DNA of 64,000 bases, taken from NCBI RefSeq assembly GCF_011386835.1, contig NC_088795.1, positions 23,622,001-23,686,000 on the forward strand, given 5' to 3'. The notes beneath the pieces are model-generated. The model saw only the letters and a program-made list of their open reading frames with translations, searched no databases and had not been told where the DNA came from. Positions 36,691 to 48,553 of this stretch are shown here, in pieces. Source of the DNA: Chrysemys picta bellii. Lineage: Eukaryota. How positions within the stretch are numbered: the first letter of the stretch is position 1; the number at the start of each line of letters is the position of its first letter. A program made the position numbers and the translations under genes.

Positions 36691-38334
36691 CTAAAATAAG
36701 GCTGTACACATGAAACATCTCAGTTTCAAAGTTGTCCTGGAAAAGAGGCCAGTTTCAAACGTTCACATGTTAAATTGCCTTTGAACTGATTAACCATGCC
36801 ACATAATTTGTGCTACTTACATAAACAATCATGCACTCAATGGTTTAGATGTGAGACACCAGATTCTGGCTGCTCACATGAGGCTGCACAATAGGTGCTG
36901 GGCATAGGGGCAGGTGAGGATCAGGCAGCCATTTTCTCCACTGGATCACCTGTCCACAGAATAGTCAAAATTCTGGTGCTGAGTGTAAAGTGCAGAGGGA
37001 TGTGTTAATGCTGTCAGGAGTTTAGATGTTTCAAAGCTGGAAGTGAAGGCAGTCCATGCAGCATCCTTTAAAAGGAGGTAGTAGGTATATGCACTCTCAA
37101 GCATGCCTGGAGATACTGAGAATGCCTATGGCACATGTCCTGGTGCTAGGTACATCTGCACCCCTTCCCATAGTGTTATACATTGGTTGGGTTTTATAAT
37201 TTTAGTCCAAATTCTAAAAAGCATCTATGACAGTCCCTCATGACAATAAGTGTTGTTTTAAAACCTATTTTTCTCTTTTAAATTATTGGGCTGATTCACA
37301 GAATATCCTTTTAAAATATGGATGGAGTTCTACTCTGTTACACCATTGTGGGCTCACTCTGCTGATTTCAATGGAATTAGTTGGGATGCACACAGATATA
37401 ACAGTGGAATATGGTCCCCTTAGTCTAAGGGAAAAAAATCTCCTGGAATAGAGTGTGCAATCTCTAGAACACCATCTCGTGCAGGGGAAATGTGAGTGCC
37501 TAGACATTTGCACATCCAGTTTTCACAATCACAGAAAGATCTCTGCAAAAACCATTATGCGGGTCCACTAAAAAGTGTAAGTGTAGCAATTTGTCATGCA
37601 ACGACAGATAGCTATTCATTTTTTCCATTTCATATTTGGGCACATATGAGTACAGCATACAAAACTTAGCATTAAACCATCAAGACATCATCTTTAAATA
37701 ATATTCATTACCGTAAGATATTATGATTAGAGGTTTGGTTCTGAGGGAGTGCAGTAGTCATGCTTTTCAACTGACAACAACAGGGGTGAGGTGGGGAGAA
37801 ACACCCTTACTAGCTTTCATCTACCAATTACCATGCAGGAAGATGTCACCATTAAACGTTTCCGACACTGCTGTTCGTGACTTGTTTTGTGACCTGGACA
37901 TTACTAAAAAGCATATTCACAAATGAGTGAAAGGTTACTACATTAGACTACTGATCTGAGCCTCAACTATCATGTCTAATTTTGTCAAATTGCAGTACGT
38001 ATCATAATTCTATGGTGAGATTTATCCATTAGCAAATAACAGAACCTCCCTCATTGCATGTAGCATTTCAGGTCAGGCTCAAGTTATGGTCCGAATAAAA
38101 ACATTCATTTATTCACAAAGAGGCTAAAGACAGTAATCAGCTAAATTCACCTCCACTGAGAAAATGTATAAATATATTTAAAAAGTCTGAGAATTATATA
38201 TAATATATATTGTGCTTGTTTAGTCATTTAGACATCACTGCCTTTAAGATAATCCTATCACAGTAACTAAGAACAGGAATGCGGTCACGTGGGTGGGATC
38301 TTGGCTTTGTTGCTAACTTGACATCAAAATAACA

Positions 38335-39430
38335 CCTTCAGCATCTCTGGGAAGACAGTGCCATTGACAGAAGAGCTTTATAATGGAACAGAGAGCTGTG
38401 ATCAAGTTGATGGCAGATACATGGCATGGATTCCTGTCTCCACAGGAGTTTGGCAAGGCTGCATTGATTGGTTGATGGATAAACTTGAGGAGGCAACTGT
38501 TGGCGGTGTTGAGCGGAACACCATCATGCTTTGAAAGCTCAAATACTTCAGTGACACTAAATCAATGCAACTGATGGCGGATCTGGTCGGGCAAGAAGCA
38601 GAGCTCATTGATCTGGTTATTAATATAGAAAAAACTAAGTCCCTGGCCATTGCCAACAAGCAGCTCCAGATTACCACTAGCCCAGTATTTACCTCTCTGT
38701 ATGGGACATGGAACAGCTGGCAACTGTCAGATATTTTGGTAGTATCATAAATAGTGCCAGATGATGCTCAAAGATGTGGACACTTGTAAAGCCGCAGCTG
38801 GGGCCATGTTTTGAGCATTTCAGAGGCTTCTGTGAAGATGTTGTGACATCAAGCTTGCTACAAAGCTGGAGATCTATAGAGGAACAGTTATACCAACTAT
38901 ACAGGGCCGCCCGGGGGGGGAGGGGGCAAGTGGGGCAATTTGCCCCAGGCCCCAGGCCCCACAGGGGCCCCCACAAGAATATAGTATTCTATAGTATTGC
39001 AACTTTTTTTTATGGAAGGGGCCCCCAAAATTGCTTTGCCCCAGGCCCCCTGAATCCTCTGGGTGGCCCTGCAACTATATAGTATGGAAGTGAAACTAGC
39101 CTGACATTTTCTGTCCTTATCTTCATCAGCTGCTCCATATCAAGTGGCAGGACAATATTAGAAATGAAGATATTCAAAGCTAAGCTCAGCAACTGCCTCC
39201 ATCAGCACTGGTTCTGTTTTGGCATCTTTCTTGGTATGGACAAACTATTAGACTAGAAGACCAACAAATTCCAAAGAATGTGTACCATGGCCGGTGATCA
39301 CGTGGGCATCAAAAACTTAGGTGGCTCCAGAGGATTGCCACTGATGTATGTAAACTGAATATCCAGACAGACCACCATAAAGACCTAGCCCAGAGATCAA
39401 TATGGGTGGTGTTTGATCTGCAAGCATCTA
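38335..39430 (+). mobile_element. RTE-clade LINE relic (RT region)
   Basis: Fragments ELYNGTESC..DGRYMAWIPVSTGVWQGC, LVINIEKTK, TKLEIYRGTVIPT|ILYGSET (split by a hAT); many stops. Confidence 0.8.
38902..39071. mobile_element. hAT MITE nested in RTE
   Basis: CAGGGCCGCCC...GGGTGGCCCTG; perfect 8-bp TSD CAACTATA. Confidence 0.95.
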
Positions 39431-39820
39431 AATTCCTTTAGAATTTGCCATGAAGATAATGATAACACCAAAATAAAGTTAACTTACAAAAAAACAACAG
39501 GAGACTCCCTGCAATATTTCCCATAATTTATCAGAAATATCTCCTGTTATAAGTAAAAGAAAAAACGTATAGTGACCAGAGATTCTAGCATGTGGTAACC
39601 CTTGGCAACCATTGACTTTTAATCATCTTCCCAACTTGCTGTCCTGGAGTTTCCTCAGGACTTCAGTAGTCTGGCATCCTGGTGACTTGGTTTTCAAGCC
39701 AGGCCACACTCTAGTCCCACCCCTTCCAGGGTACTAACATGCTTACTCAAACAACGTTCACCAAATGGCAAAAGAAGTGTGTAATTAACTCACAAGTTTC
39801 TGCCCCTCCTGAGCTACTCT

Positions 39821-40577
39821 TCATAGAAGCATAGAATCATAGAAGATTAGGGTTGGACGAGACATCAGGAGGTCATCTAGTCCAACGCCCTGCTCAAAGC
39901 AGGACCAACCCCAACTAAATCATCCCAGCCAGGGCTTTCTCAAGCGAGGCCTTAAAAACCTCTAAGGATGCAGATTCTATCATCTCCCTAGGTAACTCAT
40001 TCCAGTGCTTCACCACCCTGCTAGTGAAATAGTTTTTTCCTAATACCCAACCTAGACCTCCCGCACTGCACTTGAGACCATTGCTCCTTGTTCTGTCATC
40101 TGCCACCACTGAGAACAGTCTAGATCCATCCTCTTTGGACCCCCCCCCCTTCAGGTAGTTGAAGGCTGCTATCAAATCCCCCCTCACTCTTCTCTTCTGA
40201 AGATTAAATAAGCCCAGTTCCCTCAGCCTCTTCTCATAAGTCATGTGCACCAGCCCCTTAATCATTTCCGTTGCCCTCCACTGGACTCTCTCCAATTTGT
40301 CTACATCCTTTCTCTAGTGGGGTCAGATGTGGCCTCACCAGTCCCGAATAGAGGAGAATAATCACATCCCTCAATCTGTTGGCAATGCTCCTACTAATGC
40401 AGCCAATATGCCGTTAGCCTTCTTGGCAACAAGGGCACACTGTTGACTCATATCCAGTTTCTCATCCACCGTAATCTCTAGGTCCTTTTCTGCAGAACTG
40501 CCGCTTAGCCAGTCGGTCCCCAGCCTGTAGCAGTGCATGGGATTCTTCCATCCTAAGTGCAGGACTCTGCACTTGTC
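39821..40577 (-). mobile_element. CR1 LINE 3' fragment, (ATTCTATG)n subfamily
   Basis: Minus ORF MERVQWRATEMIKGL...; plus strand starts TCATAGAAGCATAGAATCATAGAA; small internal deletion near 40320. Confidence 0.96.
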
Positions 40578-41135
40578 AGCTCCAACATATATTAAAAGTC
40601 AGTCCACGTTGCAAAAGAACCCAAAAAACCCAGCTCTGTTCCAAAGAAAAGTAAAATGTGTTATTGAAAATGTCAGCCTAAGCCTGTAGCCACCCCCAAG
40701 CAATTCTGATGTGGTAACCAGAAACAATGCAATCCTAGTCCCTTCCTTTAAAGAACATGAAAAAATTTGTAACAAGGATTTTCCTTGTCACAAGGGCAGA
40801 GAGCCTGGATGCTACCTTTTCAGTAGAAACAGGAATGGTAGTTTTATTTCTGTTTCGTGATCTTACTTTCTACGTGGGGCGTGTGATGCCTTGGAGAAAA
40901 AGAGGAAGGGAAGCAGGAGAGACTGCCTGATGCAATGGCATGTTATAGAGAAGAGTATAAAAGCCTCTGCAAAGCTTTTCTTTAGGCACAATACAATCCC
41001 CTGAAGGAATGACTGCTCTAACAACAATATCCTGTGCTGTCACTCACCACAGGTATATCTGTCAAAACTCAGCAGCAGGCGTGTTCTGGAAGCACAGTAT
41101 CTTGGACTCAACTACCAAAAGATATTCTCAACTGA

Positions 41136-41396
41136 GGGCAGGTCTACATTACCACTTAAGTTGATCTAACCTCGCTTAGGGGTGTGAAATAGCCCTCCCC
41201 TGAGTAACGCAAATTTTGCACTGTCCACACTGGTGCTATGACGGCGGGAGACACTCTCCTGCTGACATAGCTTCCGCTTCTTGCTGAGGTGGAGTAATTA
41301 TGCTGTAGGCATAGCGTGTCTTCATCAGACGTGCTACAGAGGCGCAGCTGCACCGATGCAGCTGTGCCCATGTAGTGCTGTAGTATAGATTCAACC
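41136..41396. mobile_element. PIF/Harbinger-type MITE
   Basis: GGGCAGGTCTACATTAC...GTAGTATAGATTCAACC ends. Confidence 0.8.
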
Positions 41397-42495
41397 TCGG
41401 TTAAAACACTGATTTAAAGAGAATTAATATTTATTTGCTGTTGTTTATATGGAATATATGCTATCACAAGATTTTATTTAATCAATTAATACTAAATACT
41501 CCTCCTAACAAAACAATTTTTCAAGAGAAATCACTAAATAAAACAAAATAATCTTCAGATCTCCTCTTCTTTAGCAAGTTTTAAAAACAAAAACCCACTA
41601 CGGAAAGCTCTTAAATAAGTATTTTTGTTTGGTTAGTGGGAGCGAGAAAGGACTGACACTACAAGGCTCTTTGAAAATCTGTTTGTTTATGCATTGGTGT
41701 CTGCTGGAGGCACCAGGGGCACAGGTCATGCTCATAGAAAGGAACTACTATGATTGTAAACTGAACTGGGGGCTTATCAGATACAGAACAACAGACTCTG
41801 CGGACTTTAATGATGATGCAAAATACTGGTTAGTCCCTAATGCAGCAAATTTACCAGAAACGTTCATTACTTATTCACTCTTGCACAAGTCCTACACCAT
41901 CTACTAGAAATCTGCACTGGACATTGAAACTATTGGACCTATGAAACATAAAACAATGGTTGTGTGGCTGCCCAAGGAATAACTCTTCCATAGTTATAAT
42001 AAAAAGATAACAATGGATTTTACATCTTCCCTTTCTGAAATGAGTGGTTTTCACTTTTGACTCTTTGCTGTGTATAAGTTTTGTACCTATCTTAACTCCA
42101 GAAATTTGATCTAGTACTATCTTCAATGCCTGAATGTGTCTCTTGAGAAATTACAGGTGCACTGTACTGATAACTGATGCTGACTTTTTCCAGGTTAAAA
42201 AAATAAAATTTAAAAATGTACAAAATCTCAGCTTTTAGTATTATTCAGAACATTTACATGAACATACATTAAACCAAATAATTCTTTTGTGAAGCCTAAC
42301 CAGCACAGACCTAGAAGGATGGACAATTTCACCTACACCTCTAAGGCTTGTGTTTGAACTAGTGGAAGATCTTGCTGGGGGGCTAGACACCTTCAGAAGA
42401 GAGGAGGGGGCTGTGTGATCACCCCTTAAAATATCTGGGTGTGGACTACATGGACCTTGCATCCAGACATGTAGAAGTAAGCAGGTGCTGCCTGA

Positions 42496-42562
42496 GGTCA
42501 TCTCCAAGAATCCAGGGGCTAGGTTGCGACTTTGAGCCAAGCCTGGATTCTTGGAGATGACC
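42496..42562. other. perfect 21-bp inverted repeat with 25-nt spacer (pre-miRNA-sized hairpin)
   Basis: GGTCATCTCCAAGAATCCAGG (42496-42516) is the exact reverse complement of 42542-42562; a further GGCT/AGCC pair follows a 3-nt bulge. Confidence 0.9.
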
Positions 42563-42597
42563 GTGACCAGTCACTGGTTAAATCTATGTGTCAGAGT

Positions 42598-43990
42598 TAA
42601 GTTCATCTTGTTGATTTCAGACCGATCCTCTAATCTGCCAAGGTAGTTTTGAATTCGAATCCTGTCCTCCACAGTGTTTGCCATCCCTCCCAGCTTGGTG
42701 TCATCTGCATATTTTATAAGCATACTCTCCACTTGCAAGTCATTAATGGAAACGTTGAATGGTACCGGACACAGAATTGACCCCGTTAGATAAGGCCTCC
42801 CAGTTTAACAGCGAACCATTAATAATTATTCTTTGAGTATGGTCTTTCAACCAGTTGTGAACCCGCTGTGACAGCTAGAGCAAACTCCTACAAAATCTTT
42901 AAGAGATTTTATTGCATTAAATGTATGTATCATTGTGGGCCAATGATTTATGGGGGAGGGTGACCAAAGCCCTCTAGAAATTAACAACAGTTAGGGCGGA
43001 GGGTGGTTAGACAAATTCATTCAGGTTGAAACACCTCCAGAGAAATATACCTACCTGGATAGGCTAGAACATACCAGTTCAAACTGGATTCTAAAGAGAC
43101 CACCACACAAAGAAAGGACTTTTAGATAATAGCCTGAGTTAAACTGATTCAGAGCCTTCTGTCTGGTCCAGCAAATGGACAGGACCTTCTGTCAAAGTAG
43201 TGGAGGCCCAATCTTTCCTGGGAAAGGGTTGCACCCCTGTTCAAGTCGTGGGAGTGTGATCTCTGGTAAGCTTACTAGCAATCATGTAGGGGGTTTTATT
43301 GTTTTTAAGATGTTTTCTCTGTATTGCTTTCACCTTAAGAATAAATGTGCTTGCTTAGAAAGAACTGTGTGATAACTTATAACTGTAGGCAATTATGGTA
43401 TGTATAGCCTCCAAAAAAAAGCAAAGCACACAGCTGGGGATGTCACAGTGTAATCAGAGAATGGCGAAGCCTGGAAAAAACCCTGATATGAGAGAGAGAC
43501 AGACAGAGAAAGAGACGTGTGGGTTTTCCACCCAAGAGAGGTGACAACTACGGAGCTGGGAGCCTAAAAGTGGGTGCCCGTGCTGGGCCATGGAGGGGGA
43601 ATACAGATGCAGTTGCCCTGAACAATGACAACCATTTTATAGTAATTTAAACTAGACTATATTTCCCTAGTTTGCTTATGAGAATGTCATGTGGGACTGT
43701 TTCATAAACCTTACTAAAAATCAAGATATATCACATCGACTGCTTCTCCCATACCCATATCCATTAGGCCAGTAACCCTGACAAAGAAGGAAATCGGGTT
43801 GGTTTGGCATGACTTTTCCTTTACGAATCCATGTTGGCTAGTCCTTATACCCTTATCCTCTAGGTGCTTACAAAGTGATTGTTGAACAATTTGTTACAGT
43901 ATTTTTCCAGGTATCGAAGTTAGATTATAATTCCCCAGGTCCTCTTCATTTCCCTTATTAAAGATAGGTGCTATGTTTGCCCTTCTCTGG
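42598..43990 (-). mobile_element. older CR1 RT fragment, split by a solo LTR
   Basis: CCCAGCTTGGTGTCATCTGCATATTTTAT (minus strand IKYADDTKLG) left of the LTR; CR1 sequence resumes at 43631 (CTTACTAAAAATCAAGATAT, GGTTTGGCATGAC). Confidence 0.88.
42867..43630 (+). mobile_element. solo LTR (Gypsy-like), about 764 bp
   Basis: TGTGACA start and ATGACA end; interrupts a CR1 at a defined point; internal AATAAA in a T-rich block. TSD too decayed to resolve. Confidence 0.8.
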
Positions 43991-44364
43991 CACACCAAAA
44001 GTACTTGATGCAAATAGCAGGAGCTGACCCCAATTCTCTGAGATAAAAAGATGCCAATAAAGTAAAAAGTGTATAAAACTGTAATTCAACCCATCCTAAT
44101 GTACGGAACAGAGACTTGGCCAGCCACAAGATTTATACACATTTCTGAGAAAAGTAATAATAATTATACTTATAAATGTGAACTCTCCCTCTGAAGGTCT
44201 CAAAGCACTTTAGAAACATCAAGAAATTAAATCTTAAGTTGTGAGGTAGTTATATTCTATTCTATCTCCATTTTATAGCTAAGCAAACTGAGGTACATGC
44301 CGATTAAGGGATAGGCAAAGCACTGACTAATGATGAGGAACAGGTAGTCATGGCACCAGTTCAA

Positions 44365-45108
44365 ATAAAATATGTTTTAATACAGCCAAATGCAAAGTCA
44401 TACAAATAGGTATGTACACAAGTAGCTGCCAGTGCAATGTTGTGGCAAAAAGAGTTAATGGGATCCTTGGATGTCTGAACAGGGAGATAATGAATAGGAG
44501 TCGGGAGGTGATTTTATTTCTATATCAGGCACTGATGAGACCGATAGCATAATATTATGTCCAGTTCCAGTGTCCACTTTTTAAAAAGGATATTGAAAAA
44601 ATTGGAGAGGGTTTAGATAAGAGCCACAACTGATTTGAGGGCTGAGAAAAATGTCTTACAATGTCTATTACGATGATTGACTTAAAGAGCTCAGTCTACT
44701 TAGCTTATCAAAAAGAAGACTGAGAGGTGACTTGATTATACTGTGTAAGTACCTTCACAGGGAGAAAAAATCCAGCTATTAAAGGGCTCTTTTATCTAGC
44801 AGAGAAAGGCATATCAAGAACCAACGGCTGGAAGCTGAAGCCAGATAAATTCAAATTAGAAACGAGGCACAAATTTTTAACAGTGAGTGTGATTAACCAA
44901 TGGAACAAACTACCCAGGGAAGTGGTGGATGGATATCTCTCGATACTTCCAAATGAAGATTGGATGTCTTTCTAGAAGATATGCTTTAGCCAAAGGCAAA
45001 CAAGTTATTGGGCTCAGTACGGAGGCAGCATGGTGAAATGTAATGGCTTGTGACATAGAGGTCAGAATAGATGATCTGATGGTCCCTTCTGGCCTTAAGA
45101 GCTGTGAA
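44365..45108 (+). mobile_element. older CR1 3' fragment
   Basis: GCCAAATGCAAAGTCATAC, AAAAAGAAGACTGAGAGGTGACTTGAT, AGATGATCTGATGGTCCCTTCTGGCCTTAA 3' end. Confidence 0.9.
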
Positions 45109-45113
45109 AGCGA

Positions 45114-45363
45114 GGTCATGTCTGCATTGTGTATTAGTCCACACTAGAGGGGTGTAAATTCTAGCATGTACTAGCATGCTGTGCACTAACAGGCCTCTGT
45201 GGACCCTGCTGGCACAAACTAAAAGTTCCCTGGTGTTCATTAATGTAGTTCTAACTTTTATCGCACACCAGTCGGTTCCACACAGGCCTGTTGTTCAACA
45301 TGCTAGTATGCACTAGAATTTACACTGGTTTAGTGTAGACTAATACGCCGTGTAGGCAAGCCC
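45114..45363. mobile_element. fold-back PIF/Harbinger-type MITE
   Basis: Outer GGTCATGTCTGCA / TGTAGGCAAGCCC and inner TATTAGTCCACACTA / TAGTGTAGACTAATA inverted ends; arms complementary through most of the length. Confidence 0.8.
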
Positions 45364-46638
45364 TGACTTGCCCAATGGCAGACACCAAGTCTGTGATCCA
45401 GCTGGGTATAGGATCCAGATTTTGACACCTAAGCCTGTGTTTTAATCACATGACCAACTACAGTGAAGGAAATAACATCAGAATGACATTAAAAAAAAAA
45501 AAAAAACTTTCTACAATTTTTCTAAATCAAGCTATTTAAGATTCTTGATAGGTTTCCCCTTCCCTCCCTGAAATGTTCAACTAACCCTGGTTCTATCATG
45601 TTTTACATACATGCAAAGACAGTAAGGTATAGCGAGGGGGTTGCAAAAGTTCTGTGTTACGTCTACATTTTAAGCCTGATTCGGTTCTCATTTCCACTTA
45701 TTTTATGTTGGTGTCACTCCACTGATTTCAATGAACTTACTATTATTTACATTGGTGAAAGCAAAAGAAGAATCACATCCTATATTGGCAATGTAAAAAC
45801 AATTTTTTTATTTATTAAATATTATTCACTTATTTCATAGGTCGCACTTTCCCAACATATCTATGTTTCAGTTAATTTAGTATTGTAAGACTCCCTATAT
45901 TATACATGTAAAGCACATATTTGTGCAGTGTTTTATAACACTTAACATGTAACAAGTGAACACCTACATTGCAAAAATTAGAGTAGTTTCTTTCATTTTT
46001 TAAGGCACATTATTTAAATCACTTACAGAAATCAATACATTACAAGCCAACAAACAAATCAATGTAACATCTAAATCCAAGTCATTACAATTCATCTAAA
46101 TCTGTTTAGGTTCTGTCACTTATGCCAACTGCAAAGCAGGCAGTGAATGAATCAACTGCTTTTCTATTATTGGCAACAGATGATTTCAAGATGATAGGAG
46201 AATATCACTTTAAAGCTCTACCTTAATAAGCACCTAGCCTTATGTTTTTGGCTCTAACAAGGAAAGAGTGACACTTAGTGGCCAGGTAGTTTCAGTACAG
46301 TCTAACTTTTTGTAACAGTACGTATTCTTTGTGTTTCACACTCACTCTGTTACTCAGTTGACAGGCACAAATTTGCAGGAATGTCTGAAAACGTACAAAT
46401 GTGACAAAACTGAAGAGAAGCGACCTATTTTTCACAAAAACTTGGGCTGAATGCACAAGTAAATTGGAAAACAAACTCAAAGCCTGAATTACTGCAGTAG
46501 TTAATTATAAGAGGAAGGAATTTAGAATTGGGAGTCAGGAATACCGCATTTTTAATATTGTCACTGCCACTTACTCACAACATGATGTTGGGCAAGTCAT
46601 TTTACTCCTCTGCATCTGATTTCACTTTATCTATTTTA

Positions 46639-47472
46639 CAGCAAAACTTCAAAGATACGAATACCAGAGTTACGGACTGACCTGTCAACTGGACACCATA
46701 TGGAAGCGGAAGAAATCAATCAGGCAGCTGCGAAAACCAAAAAAACCCCCAGCAAATACTGTATTGTGCCTGTATTGCATCTTAAAAGTAGGCACATCTG
46801 GACTGCCTGTCCCTACCCCACCCCCTACTAACCATACACAGGGGAGCCACTTACAGGTAGGAGGTAAAGATGCTGAGGTTCACAGGCATAGCTGTGAGCC
46901 CCCGAGCACGCAGAGCAGGAGCAGCGCTAGGGTCTGTGCCGCTTTCCTGTAAGCCACAGGTGCTGTTTCCCTACCCCACCCCCATCCTGCCAGGAGGGGA
47001 ACAAGCTTGCAAGCTCAGTCCAAGCCTGGGAAAGAAGCTTCCCCAGCCCAGCTATGGTAGCTGCAAGGAAGCTGCTGGCGCTGGGGAGGGAGCTGCCGCT
47101 GGAACCTGGCCTGGAGAGAAGATGCTGGAGCCCAAGTTGCTGCCTTCACGCTGCACTCTGGAGGAGAAGCTCAGTTTTAAAGGGCCACAGCCTGCACCGC
47201 GCACCTACTGACACCACCGTGCCCCAGGGTGCCTCACTCATCACTCTTGCAGCCAGGGGGCTAGGACCAGCTGACTTTCCCCACCCACATTCGCTAGGCA
47301 GCCACTTGCAGGTAGGAGGTGAAGACCCTGAGGTTCACAGGCACAGCCGTGAGCCCCCACTCCGCAGTCCACCCTGAGGAGCATCCCATAATGTCTTGTT
47401 CAGAGTTACGAACATTTCAGAGTTAGGAACAACCTCCATTCCCGAGGTCTCCATAACTCTGAGGTTCTACTG
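46639..47472. mobile_element. Tc1/mariner (Tigger-like) non-autonomous element with GC-rich interior
   Basis: TA|CAGCAAAACTTCAAAGATACG ... ATAACTCTGAGGTTCTACTG|TA; terminal segments homologous to 57025-57942. Confidence 0.85.
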
Positions 47473-47660
47473 TACTGGGTTAATCATCATGGCATCAAGG
47501 CACCAATTACTGACAAGTTTCCTTATCTCGAGTAGAGAGGGCCTTACTTATATAATCAAAAGGCATTTTATGAGATGCCAGTAATGTCTGGACAGAGCTT
47601 TGAGAATGTGAAGAAGCAGCACAATTATTTATCATTATTATTATTGGGGACATACAGAGT

Positions 47661-47790
47661 ATTGTCTTGAGAGGAAGGCTGTGGTTAAGACACTAGGTTG
47701 GGACTCCTGATGTAAGAGTTCCATTCCTGTCTCTTCCTCAGACTCCCTGTGTGATTTTGTGCAACTCACTTAACCTTTTTGTGCCTTAGC
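47661..47790 (+). mobile_element. MIR/CORE-SINE fragment
   Basis: GTGGTTAAGACACTAG..GGGACTC..AGTTCCATTCCTG..CTGTGTGA..CAACTCACTTAACCT..GTGCCT. Weaker similar fragments near 44175-44300 and 46508-46625. Confidence 0.7.
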
Positions 47791-48373
47791 TCTGTGAAAA
47801 GAGGTAGCTGACAATCTGGCTCATAAACTGATTGTATGTACACAAAGTGAACTGAACGGGACACAGACAAATTTTGTAGGTGCAGAGGAAGATCATCTAA
47901 AAATGTGACCCAGCAAGTATAACAATGTTATACAACTGTAGAACATACGCAGAAATGGAAACAGGAATGTTTAAAAGATACTTATTTTCAAAGTATAAAT
48001 GACAGACTGAAGAGAAAATGTATATGGCCAAATGCAGGCCTGGAATAAGTGGATGGAACTCGCTTTGAAATCAGTGCAAGTGTCATATTGGATTACATAG
48101 AAATCAGAAAGACAACGGCTCCTATAGTCAACTTGCAACATCTACAAAATGCAGAATAACATTCATGGATATTAATTTATTGGAGCTGTCAGGGTGAACA
48201 GAGCAGGTTTTGGACCAATAACTGTGTAAACAATTATGAACCATTTATAATCCTTAGTTTCATTTTTGCCAGTGAATTTTTCAGTCTATATTTCTGACTG
48301 CGTTCCTTTAAAGCATTTTGGGGATCTGTTCAAGAACAATAAATTCTTATGAAAATACTGCAAATATCAGTGT

Positions 48374-48553
48374 GGGACAGATTTCCAAAGGTATTAAAAT
48401 ACCTAAAGAGCAAAATAAGTGCCAAGTCATATTTTCAAAAGCACCTAAACAGAACGGATTTAGAAGGCACTTAATCTGCTTAAGTGCTTTTGACAATCCC
48501 ATAGGTACCTATCTGCTTCATTAGGTGCCTAAATACCTTTCAAAATCTGCCCC
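48374..48553. mobile_element. palindromic MITE (TAGGCACCTAA family)
   Basis: GGGACAGATTTCCAAAGGTATT...AATACCTTTCAAAATCTGCCCC; related decayed copies near 6421-6600 and 51826-52021. Confidence 0.8.

Noticed and set aside
39595-39609. RFX X-box match GTAACCCTTGGCAAC
   Set aside because: A single degenerate motif deep in an intron with no promoter features nearby; cannot be supported without conservation or ChIP data.
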